Positions 47,609 to 55,883 of a stretch of 64,000 bases of DNA are shown here, in pieces. This stretch comes from a bacterium (lineage in GTDB: Archaea > Thermoplasmatota > E2 > JACPAO01 > JAHFTW01): positions 128,001 through 192,000 of the forward strand of contig JAZJZE010000011.1 of assembly GCA_040390065.1 (NCBI GenBank). Reading direction: 5' to 3'. A program made the translations under genes and the position numbers. Position 1 is the stretch's first letter. Each line of letters starts with the position of its first letter. The notes beneath the pieces were generated by a model. The model was not told where the DNA came from and did not search any database. It was given only the letters and a program-made list of their open reading frames with translations.

Positions 47609-48231
47609 CGCAGCCGTCCTCCTTCGAGCCGCAGCGCCCTGTCCGCAAGCCGCTGGGCGTCGCTCTCGTCGTGGACGACCAGGAGGACCGCGCCGCCCCG
47701 CCCCGCCAGTCGCGCCTCGGCCCAGCGGCGACCGGCGTCGTCGAGTCCGGCGAAGGGCTCGTCCAGGAGCGTGACCTCGCATGCCGGCAGCAGGGCCATG
47801 GCGATTGCGAGGCGCTGCCGTTGTCCACGGCTGAGGAGGCCCGTGGGCTTGTGGGCGGATGGCGCGAGTCCCGCATCCACGGTCGCGGCCTCGATGGCGT
47901 CGCCAGGGAGGCCAAGGCCGTGCAGGCGCGCCCACCACGACAGGTGCTCGTGCGGCGTCAGTTCGGCATAGGCCGGCGCGTCCTGGAGGAGGATGGCCGT
48001 CTTGCGGCGGGCCGCTTCCGGTTCCTTGCGGGCGTCGACGCCGCCGACTTCAATGGAGCCCACGTCAGGACGGGCGATGGTGGCGCAGACGCGCAGCAGC
48101 GTTGACTTTCCCGAGCCGTTTGCGCCAAGGATGGCGACCGTCTCCCCGGCGGCCACGTCGAGGTCGAGGTCGCGCAGGATGGTGTGCCTGCCGTATGCCT
48201 TGCGGATGCCGGCAAGCCGCAGGGCTGGCAC
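47605..48231 (-). CDS. ccmA: Haem ABC exporter ATPase CcmA
   Basis: GANGSGKST, LSRGQRQR, LLDEPFAGLD; short 208-aa ATPase upstream of ccmB. Confidence 0.9.
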   Translation of the reverse strand: MPALRLAGIRKAYGRHTILRDLDLDVAAGETVAILGANGSGKSTLLRVCATIARPDVGSIEVGGVDARKEPEAARRKTAILLQDAPAYAELTPHEHLSWWARLHGLGLPGDAIEAATVDAGLAPSAHKPTGLLSRGQRQRLAIAMALLPACEVTLLDEPFAGLDDAGRRWAEARLAGRGGAVLLVVHDESDAQRLADRALRLEGGRLR

Positions 48232-48235
48232 GAGG

Positions 48236-48991
48236 TCACGCCTCGAACTGCCGGCGGATCAGGGCGTTCTCGGCAGTCTGGAGTCGCTTGTGAACCGCCG
48301 CTTTGGAGACGCCGAAGGCCGTCGCGAGGTCCTCCAACGTGACGGCCCGGGGGTCGCTGTAGTAACCCATGGCGATGGCCATCTTCAGCACCTCGATCTG
48401 GCGGGGCGTCAGCAGCCGTCCCTTCTGGCGCAGGCGCAGTTCCGGTTGGTACTCGCCGACGTGCAGGAGCTTGAAGTCGTCCGCCGGCACGACGCGGCGC
48501 ATGTGCACGGTGAATTCGTTGAAGGCCGCCAGGCCCGCGGGATTGGGTGAGAGGACGCTGATGACGATGTAGCCGCCTTCGACGATGACGGGGTGGAAGA
48601 TGGTCTCGGGGCCGAGCATGCGCAGGGTCAGCTGGATCGGGTCGTGCCTCTGGTAGTACGTGAGCACGGTCGTGCTGATCTCGACGGAGGCGTAGTCGGG
48701 TGACTCGGAAAGGAGGTCGAACGAACCGTATTTCTTGGCGAACTGGCCGGTGAGGAAGCGCGTGCGCGTCTGCTTGTCCGCCAGGATGGTCACGATGGCG
48801 CGTTCGACGGGCGCCTGGGCGCCGGGGCGCAGGAGGTTGAGGACGATGCGTGCCTCGGGGTGTTCCGCCGTGAATTGGCACAGCAGGTTGTCGTCGCTGC
48901 GGATCTTGAAGACGTACTCCTGCAGCGGCACATAGGGCGCGACGAGGAGGCGGGCTAAAAAGGTGGACCTGCCGAGGCTTGCCGTTGCCAT
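48236..48991 (-). CDS. Bacterio-opsin-activator-type (HTH_10) transcriptional regulator
   Basis: C-terminal LTPRQ.EVL..A...GYY..PR..TL.DLA..FGVSK.AV...L..AE. Confidence 0.9.
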   Translation of the reverse strand: MATASLGRSTFLARLLVAPYVPLQEYVFKIRSDDNLLCQFTAEHPEARIVLNLLRPGAQAPVERAIVTILADKQTRTRFLTGQFAKKYGSFDLLSESPDYASVEISTTVLTYYQRHDPIQLTLRMLGPETIFHPVIVEGGYIVISVLSPNPAGLAAFNEFTVHMRRVVPADDFKLLHVGEYQPELRLRQKGRLLTPRQIEVLKMAIAMGYYSDPRAVTLEDLATAFGVSKAAVHKRLQTAENALIRRQFEA

Positions 48992-49095
48992 GTCAACCCA
49001 TCGGCGTCCCTTCGGGCTGCCGGCCGGGTGCCGCGGTTGACTGCTCCACGCCGCCGACCCGCACACGTTTAGTAGCCGGCCGAGTCGCGCCGCTT

Positions 49096-50052
49096 GTGAA
49101 GGGAGCCGTTCTTCTCGTGGTCCTGCTGGCGGCATCGGTGCTGGCGGGTTGCTCGACGCCCAAGTCCGATGCGGACTGTTCGCCCGGCACGACGCCGTGC
49201 GCGACGGATGGGTGTCCGACGCCGCCGTGTGGCGCCGAGCGGCCCGGCGACATGGTCGTCTCGGGGCTCGTGCAGTCCGATGCCCTGGTACCGCTCGGGG
49301 GAGCCAACGTCACGATCCCCGAACTCGGCCTGAAGCTGGCCACCGACGGCAATGGCCGCTTCACCTTCCCCGGCGTGCAGCCAAGCATCTACACGGTTGC
49401 CGCCGAGCACGCGGGCTTCGCGCGCACGAGCATGGTGGCGCGCCCCGAGGTCACGTCCCTCATCTTCATCCTGCCGCGCGCCGCGCCGACGCAGCCGTAC
49501 AACGTCACGCTGCCGCCATTCCACGGCTTCCTCGAGTGCGCCTCCGAGGAGCTCATCATCTCGGGCCCCTGCGACATCGTCGTGCAGGAGTACGGGCACA
49601 CGACCGTGTTCCAGAACCAGTCGGCCTTCCAGTTCCGGACCGACTTGGCGTGGAAGACGATTGTCGTCGACCTGGTGTTCGACAAGACCAACAACCCAGG
49701 CATCGCCGGCATGCGCGAGGTCCTGCGTCTGCAGAACTCGACGGCGACCTTGGGCACGTACGAGCAGTACGGCCGCTTCCACGGCGCGCAATCCTTCTCC
49801 ACACGCATCGAGGCCGGCCAAACCTACGAGGGAGGCATCGCTCCGGTGCCGCACAACGTCACGGACTTCCGTGTCGACTTCTACGCCGAGGGCAACGGCT
49901 ATCACAAGGTCTGCTACCCGATCGACCTGCCGGGACACCCCGCAGACTGCCTGCTCGGTGTCGGCGGCGCCGTCGACTTGCGCTTCGACGCCTACGTCAC
50001 CATCTTCTACGTCGACCCCGCGCCAGCTGGTTTCACGCTTCTCGGGAAGTGA
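49096..50052 (+). CDS. Lipoprotein with carboxypeptidase-regulatory-like domain
   Basis: Lipobox LAGC; SG.V....PL.GANVT....TDGNG.F.F.GV.P..YTV.A..AGF. Confidence 0.85.
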   Translation: MKGAVLLVVLLAASVLAGCSTPKSDADCSPGTTPCATDGCPTPPCGAERPGDMVVSGLVQSDALVPLGGANVTIPELGLKLATDGNGRFTFPGVQPSIYTVAAEHAGFARTSMVARPEVTSLIFILPRAAPTQPYNVTLPPFHGFLECASEELIISGPCDIVVQEYGHTTVFQNQSAFQFRTDLAWKTIVVDLVFDKTNNPGIAGMREVLRLQNSTATLGTYEQYGRFHGAQSFSTRIEAGQTYEGGIAPVPHNVTDFRVDFYAEGNGYHKVCYPIDLPGHPADCLLGVGGAVDLRFDAYVTIFYVDPAPAGFTLLGK

Positions 50053-50055
50053 AGC

Positions 50056-50472
50056 GTGACGAACGTCCCGGCCTTCTCCATCTTCAGTGCCACCAGCGAA
50101 CTCGCCGTCACTGCCGCGGTGCTGTACGTCCTGTGGCGCGCCTACTACCGCAACGACCTGCGCGTGGCGCTCCTAGCCACGACGCTCGCCTTCGAGCTGG
50201 CGGTCAACATCGCCTACATGAGTTACCGGCTCGCCGTGCCCAGCCAATCGACGGCTCCCGACTGGCTGAAGGCGTTCCAAGGCGCCCACGGCGTCTTGTC
50301 GCTCGTCATGTTCATCGGCCTCATCATCCTTGCCGGCATGGCGTACTCCCTCAACAAGGACAAACGCAACTTCTTCCGCGAATCGCCCGGACTGACGCTG
50401 ACGTTCACCGTGCTGTGGATGGTCTCGGTCGTCTCGGGCGAGACCATCTTCGTCGTCACGTACTTGGTCTAG
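50056..50472 (+). CDS. Four-TM membrane protein (DUF420-like)
   Basis: Four hydrophobic helices; HG.LS motif; LW.VS.VSG. Confidence 0.65.
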   Translation: MTNVPAFSIFSATSELAVTAAVLYVLWRAYYRNDLRVALLATTLAFELAVNIAYMSYRLAVPSQSTAPDWLKAFQGAHGVLSLVMFIGLIILAGMAYSLNKDKRNFFRESPGLTLTFTVLWMVSVVSGETIFVVTYLV

Positions 50473-50530
50473 TGGAATCGACGCTCGACGGGCACCTGTG
50501 GCGACGTCAGCCTGCGATCTCGGCGAGTCA

Positions 50531-50720
50531 CACGAGGTGGCTGCCCGGCTGGGTGTGGGAGGCCTGAGAGAACGGGAATCGAATGGAGAGAAGGGGAATG
50601 AGTTCGTGTTCTCCGGTCGTCTCCGGTTCTCCCAGGCCGCCGTTGCATGAAGAACAACGAAGTCGCCGAATCCTGGAAAGGCCGCTTTCCGTTTTTCCCG
50701 TGGCTTCCTGGTCTTTCAGG
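50531..50720 (-). repeat. Structured intergenic repeat, copy 2 (inverted relative to 38653-38843)
   Basis: Same 13-bp stem arms at 50561-50573 and 50626-50638; shared CTCTCAGGCCTCCCACACCCAGCC and CCACCTCGTG on the minus strand. Confidence 0.85.
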
Positions 50721-50840
50721 CCCCCCGGCGGCCCCTTCGCGTTCTTCGATTCCTCATGCAGGTGGCCGCCGTCGGAGGATGGGGAATCGGGCGCAGGCCT
50801 CTGACAGCAGGTTGCCTGGCCGGCAAGCCCCATCGGGGTC

Positions 50841-52187
50841 TCAGTGCACGCCGCCGACTGGGTGGTGCACGCCCGTCCCTTTTGCGACCTTGCCCACGAC
50901 CTTGACGTCGTACTTCACGAGGCCCTTGAGGTGCGCGATTGCCTTTTTGGCCGCCGAGGCGGGCACGATGACGACGAACCCCATGCCCATGTTGAAGGTC
51001 TTGTACATCTCGGCGTCGGAGACCTTGCCGAGTTGCTGGATGCGGCGGAAGATGGGCTGCACCGGCAACGGCTCCGTGACGTCATAGCGCACGTCCTGCT
51101 TGATGCGGCGGATCTTGCGCAGCCCCGAGCCCGTGATGTGGGAGAGGCCGTGCACCGGAATGCCGCTGCGCAGAAGGGAGAGGACTTCGCGGACGTAGAT
51201 GCGCGTGGGTTCCAGGAGGACGTCGCCGATGCGCTTGCCCGCGTACGCCTTGTCCTCGGGCCAAGGCCAGGCGTCCGTGTACTTGTGGCCGCCCGATTCG
51301 AAGGCGCGACGCCCCAGAGAATAGCCGTTCGAGTGGATGCCCGTCGAAGCAAGACCGATCATGACGTCGCCGACCTCGATTCGGGACCCGTCGATGATGG
51401 CCGACTTCTTGACGTGCGCAAGGCACGTGCCGGCGAGGTCGAAGCCCTTCACGATGCCGGGCAGGCTCGCGGTCTCGCCGCCGATGAGGCTGCAGTTGCT
51501 CTGCCGCGCCCCTTCGTTGAGTCCGACGCCGATCTGTCGCGTCAGTTCGGGGTCCGGGTCCTGCACGGCGAGGTAGTCGACGAAGGCCAAGGGTTCCGCT
51601 CCGACGCACAACGCGTCGTTGACGTTCATGGCCATGCAGTCGATGCCGACCGTGTCCCACTTGCGCATGGCGTTGGCGATCTCGACCTTGCTGCCGACGC
51701 CGTCCGTGCACAGCACGAGCGCGTCCTCGGCGCCGAAGTCCACGAGGCCGGCGAAGTGACCGATCTTTCCCATCGGGGCGCCAAAGCCGACGCGCTGGAA
51801 ATTCACCATGCCGGCCAACGCTTCGATCGCCTTGTCCTCGCGCTGGATGTCGACGCCGGAGGCGGCATACGTCATGCCGGCGGCCGGCTGCGGCGCGACG
51901 GGGCGTTCGGCCGGCCGACCGGTCGCGGCGTCGAGCGGCAACGTGCCGGTGCCCTTGTCCATCTGGACCACGAAGCCAGGAAGTTCCGCCTTGAGCTCAC
52001 CGGGCCGATGGACGACGGGCCGGCGCACCTTGACCAGCGGCGGCGCGGGGCTGGCGCGGCGCGGCTTGGGTTTGGCCGAGCGGCGAGCCTTCGCTTTCGC
52101 GGCCCGGGGTTTGGCGGCCGGCCGCTTGGCCTTGGTCGGCTTGCGGGCGGCTTTCCTGCGGGCCTTGCCGGGCACGTCTTGCGCCAC
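50841..52187 (-). CDS. purM: Phosphoribosylformylglycinamidine cyclo-ligase with ~100-aa basic N-terminal extension
   Basis: TY..SGVD, TDGVGSK, GIDCMAMNVND, GGETA, GIHSNGY, HITG, TFNMGMG; the conserved core starts at ATG 51875. Confidence 0.95.
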   Translation of the reverse strand: MAQDVPGKARRKAARKPTKAKRPAAKPRAAKAKARRSAKPKPRRASPAPPLVKVRRPVVHRPGELKAELPGFVVQMDKGTGTLPLDAATGRPAERPVAPQPAAGMTYAASGVDIQREDKAIEALAGMVNFQRVGFGAPMGKIGHFAGLVDFGAEDALVLCTDGVGSKVEIANAMRKWDTVGIDCMAMNVNDALCVGAEPLAFVDYLAVQDPDPELTRQIGVGLNEGARQSNCSLIGGETASLPGIVKGFDLAGTCLAHVKKSAIIDGSRIEVGDVMIGLASTGIHSNGYSLGRRAFESGGHKYTDAWPWPEDKAYAGKRIGDVLLEPTRIYVREVLSLLRSGIPVHGLSHITGSGLRKIRRIKQDVRYDVTEPLPVQPIFRRIQQLGKVSDAEMYKTFNMGMGFVVIVPASAAKKAIAHLKGLVKYDVKVVGKVAKGTGVHHPVGGVH

Positions 52188-52225
52188 CGGGACTGGCTAC
52201 AAAGGGTCCGCGGTCGCGTGCGGGG

Positions 52226-52729
52226 CTACGTCCACTTGGCTTCTTCGGCGTCGCGCGCATCGTCCAGAGCGCGGCGGCGGCTACGGCTCTCCCAGATGGT
52301 GATGGTCACGAGGAGCATGATCTCCAGGGCGCTGATGACCGCGCTGGCCCCGACGATGGTCCAGAAGCGCGCCCCCTGGAAGGGATTGCAGGCGTAGTCG
52401 TTGCCCAAGGCGTCGGTGCACGTCGTCGCCACGTTCTGGCGGTCGTACGCCAACAGGCCGTTCGTGACGGCGAAGATGGCGAGCCCGAAGAGGGCCACGA
52501 TGCGGCTGTCCGGGTGGTCCTTGGCCATGAGGACGAAGGCGACCAGGAAGAAGACGCCCGCCGCCAGAGTCGCGCCGGGCCAGAAGGCGTCGCGGTGGAA
52601 TTCCGCCGTCGGGGGGCCGTTCGGGCCTGGATAGATGAACAAGAGGGCCGCCCACGCGACGGTCGCGACGGCAAGGCAAAGCTGGGCGACGGCCCACGCG
52701 CCTGTGGGTTTGCCGGCGCCGTCTGCCAT
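52226..52729 (-). CDS. Hypothetical four-TM membrane protein
   Basis: Four hydrophobic segments; a Cys pair in one loop. Confidence 0.7.
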   Translation of the reverse strand: MADGAGKPTGAWAVAQLCLAVATVAWAALLFIYPGPNGPPTAEFHRDAFWPGATLAAGVFFLVAFVLMAKDHPDSRIVALFGLAIFAVTNGLLAYDRQNVATTCTDALGNDYACNPFQGARFWTIVGASAVISALEIMLLVTITIWESRSRRRALDDARDAEEAKWT

Positions 52730-52753
52730 GAGCGGTCCAAAACCGGGGCGGGT

Positions 52754-54640
52754 TTAGGTTTGCCGATTGGTTTTGTGGCCATCGCTGGGCAAGCCGTGGC
52801 CGGCTTCGGGGTAGAGGCGCTCGACGAGGAGCTTGAACTTGTCCTGGATGATGCGGCGCTTGAGCTTGAGGCTGGGGGTGAGTTCGCCGGACTCGACGGA
52901 CCACTCGACGGGAACGATCCAGAACTTCTTCACCTGCTCGTAGCGGCTCAGCGTCGCATTGACCGCCTCCACCTCGGCCTCGACAAGACTGACGACGCGG
53001 GGGTCGGCGGCAAGGCGTTCGCGGTCCTTGGCCGCGATGCCGGCAGCCAAGGCGAAGGTCTCCAAGGCCTGCCAGTTGGGCACGACGAGGGCCGCGATGT
53101 AGTTGCGCTGCTCGCCCAGGATGCATGCCTGGGCGATGTGCGGTTGCAACTGCAGGGCGTTCTCGATGGCCTGCGGGGCCACTTTCTTGCCGTTGGACAT
53201 GACGATGATCTCTTTCTTGCGGTCCGTGATGAACAGGTATCCGTCGGCGTCGACGTAGCCGATGTCGCCAGTGTGGAACCAGCCGTCGGCGTCGAAGACC
53301 GCCTTCGTCGCCTCCTCGTTGCGCCAGTAGCCTTGCATCACGTTGGGGCCGCGGAAGCAGATCTCACCCTCGGCGGGGCGGTCCGTCTCGTGCGGCCGCG
53401 TCGGCTCCCAGGCGCGTGTGTCGATGCGGATCTCGACGTGCGGGATGGTGCGGCCGACAGAGCCAAGGCGGATGCCACCCGGCCGGTTGACGTTCGTGAC
53501 GGGGCTCGTCTCCGTGAGGCCGTAGCCTTGCAGGATCTGGATTCCCGCCGCCCAGAAGAACGACTCGATGTCACGGGACAGGGCCGCCCCGCCGGAGACG
53601 AAGTAGCGCAGACGCCCGCCCAGTCGGGCGCGAAGCTTCGCGAAGACCAGTTTGTCGGCGATGCGCAGCCTGCGCCCGAGGCCGCCAGGGACGGGCTTGT
53701 CCTCGATGCGGTACGGGATGGCTTTGCGGCCGGTCGCGATGGCCCAGGCGAAGATGCGGCGCTTGAGCCAGGATTCCTTGCCGATCGTGTCGCGGATGCG
53801 GGCGTGCATCTTCTCGTACAGGCGGGGGACCGACGTCATGATGGTCGGCCGGGCGTGCTGCATGTCGTCCATGAGCGTGTCGACGCTGCGCGCGAAGCAG
53901 ACCTTGGCGCCAGCCGCGTAGGCGGCGAAGTGGCCCGCGGCGCGTTCATAGACGTGCGACAGGGGCAGGAACGACAGGAACGTGTCGCTCGGACCGAACT
54001 TAACGCAGCCCATGATCTCGTGGGCGTTCGAGGCGAAGTTGCCATGGGTGAGCACGACGCCCTTCGGCTCGCCGGTCGTGCCCGACGTGTACACGATGCT
54101 TGCCAAGTCGTCCGCGTCGATGCCGGCGACGGCCTCGTCCAGCGCCTCCCGATGCGTTTCGGCCCAGGAACGCCCCGCTGCAAGGAACTGCGACATGCCC
54201 TGGGCGCTTGGGTCGGAGCCGGAGAGGAGGACGACGCGCTCGAGGTCGCGTAGCCCCACGCGGACGGTGGACAGACGCGCGAGCAGTGCCGCGTCCTGGA
54301 CGAAGAGCAGGCGGGTCTGCGAATCCTTGAGGATGTAGCCGCCCTTGTCGCCTGTGAGGGTGTCGTAGATCGGGACCGTGACGAAGCCCGCGGATTGGCA
54401 TGCCATGTCGGCGGCAGCCCATTGCGGCGAGCTCTTGCTCCAGATGGCCACGCGGTCGCCCTTGCGCAGGCCCGCGGCGGCCAGCGCATTGGCCAGGTCG
54501 CGCACCGCGCGCCCGAACTCGAGGTAGCTGCGGCTCTGCCAGGCCGTGCCGTCGAACCATTCTTGCGCAGGGCGGTCGCCGTGGTCGCGCACCGCGTTCC
54601 AGAACAGTTCGGCGATGGTCGCAGCCGGCGCCACGCCCAT
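52754..54640 (-). CDS. Long-chain fatty acid-CoA ligase (AMP-binding, FAA1 type)
   Basis: YTSGTTGEPKGV, FLPLSH.YER, GYGLTETSP, GWFHTGDIG, ITDRKK, LTPSLKLKR. Confidence 0.95.
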   Translation of the reverse strand: MGVAPAATIAELFWNAVRDHGDRPAQEWFDGTAWQSRSYLEFGRAVRDLANALAAAGLRKGDRVAIWSKSSPQWAAADMACQSAGFVTVPIYDTLTGDKGGYILKDSQTRLLFVQDAALLARLSTVRVGLRDLERVVLLSGSDPSAQGMSQFLAAGRSWAETHREALDEAVAGIDADDLASIVYTSGTTGEPKGVVLTHGNFASNAHEIMGCVKFGPSDTFLSFLPLSHVYERAAGHFAAYAAGAKVCFARSVDTLMDDMQHARPTIMTSVPRLYEKMHARIRDTIGKESWLKRRIFAWAIATGRKAIPYRIEDKPVPGGLGRRLRIADKLVFAKLRARLGGRLRYFVSGGAALSRDIESFFWAAGIQILQGYGLTETSPVTNVNRPGGIRLGSVGRTIPHVEIRIDTRAWEPTRPHETDRPAEGEICFRGPNVMQGYWRNEEATKAVFDADGWFHTGDIGYVDADGYLFITDRKKEIIVMSNGKKVAPQAIENALQLQPHIAQACILGEQRNYIAALVVPNWQALETFALAAGIAAKDRERLAADPRVVSLVEAEVEAVNATLSRYEQVKKFWIVPVEWSVESGELTPSLKLKRRIIQDKFKLLVERLYPEAGHGLPSDGHKTNRQT

Positions 54641-54711
54641 GGTCAAGCAGGCGTTGCCTATGAAGCCGTCGAGAAAGGTAGGGCTTCAAGCGGCACCACG
54701 GTGGGGGCGTC

Positions 54712-55347
54712 ATGGAATGGGACCCTGCACGGCGGGACGCGAAGGCGAACTACCGGTTCCTTGTCACGGCGGTGGCGCCCCGCCCCATTGCGTGGGTCAC
54801 CACGGTCGATGGCGCTGGCGTCGTCAATGCTGCGCCTTTTTCCTGGTTCAACACCATCTGCCCGGACCCGCCCATGGTGATGCTCGCCGTCGGCCACCGG
54901 CCCGACGGCTCCCCGAAGGACACGGTGCGCAACATCCGCCACACTGGGGAGTTCGTCGTGAACGTCGTGACGCGGGACTTGGCCGAGCCGATGGTCGCCT
55001 CGTCGGCGGACTACGCCCCCGGCCAATCCGAGGTCGAGGCGTTGCACCTGGCGACGGCGCCGAGCCGGGTCGTGCGGCCTCCGCGCCTTGCCGCATCGCC
55101 GGTGCACCTGGAGTGCCGCCTGGAGCGCATCCTGCCAATCGGCCGGAACGACAACCACATGCTGGTGCTCGGCGCGGTGGTCCACATCGCGTGCGACGAC
55201 GCGGTCCTCGACGCCCGCGGCAACGTCGACCCGGCGAAGGTCACGCTGGTGGGGCGCTGGGGTGGCGCAAACTACGTCGCAACCGAGCACGCCTTCCAGG
55301 TTCCCTGGCCGCAGGATCCCGGCGACGCGATGCGCAAGCCGCGCTAG
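54712..55347 (+). CDS. Flavin reductase-like (DIM6/NTAB) protein
   Basis: PRPIAWVTT, NAAPFSWF, KDT..NI..TGEFVVN, LEC. Confidence 0.92.
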   Translation: MEWDPARRDAKANYRFLVTAVAPRPIAWVTTVDGAGVVNAAPFSWFNTICPDPPMVMLAVGHRPDGSPKDTVRNIRHTGEFVVNVVTRDLAEPMVASSADYAPGQSEVEALHLATAPSRVVRPPRLAASPVHLECRLERILPIGRNDNHMLVLGAVVHIACDDAVLDARGNVDPAKVTLVGRWGGANYVATEHAFQVPWPQDPGDAMRKPR

Positions 55348-55694
55348 CGCGACGCCCGGACGAGCCGGCGGACGGCTTCCGAGTCGTGGTCGATACGCAC
55401 TTCACTGACGCGGCCGTCGTGGGCCTCAAGGCGCAGCACGGCTGTCGGTGTCGGCCCTTCGCCGTCGTATTCGACGAGGACGGGTTCGCCGTCGACCAAC
55501 TGCACGCGGCTTACCATGTTGTCGCCGAACTCCTTCTGCAAGGCGAGGCGTACCCCCTCGGGGCCTTCCCCTACGAGGCAGCCGTCCAGGATGGCACGCG
55601 ACTGCGGCCCATAGTGCCCCAGCAACTGCTCGAGTTCATGGCCGTTGCAGCAGCCGGCGTGGACGCGCAGGAGCGCTTCTTTGTGGAAGGCCAT
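55344..55694 (-). CDS. Hypothetical protein (possible SnoaL/NTF2-like fold)
   Basis: 116 aa; fills the gap; G.EGVR...DGRVSE pattern. Confidence 0.5.
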   Translation of the reverse strand: MAFHKEALLRVHAGCCNGHELEQLLGHYGPQSRAILDGCLVGEGPEGVRLALQKEFGDNMVSRVQLVDGEPVLVEYDGEGPTPTAVLRLEAHDGRVSEVRIDHDSEAVRRLVRASR

Positions 55695-55883
55695 GGAGCA
55701 CCTGAGTCGTTATGGCGCGTCCAGCATGATAAGGCCGAGGCGACCACCTGAACCCGTTCGTGTGCCAACCATGGCGGAGCGGGCGGGGCAACGGGCGACC
55801 AAGGATGCACCCCGGCGTCGTCGTCGTTCCGCCCGTCGCACCGCCAGGTTTGATAAGCGCCTGATCTTGGGTTTGCGCTGCCG

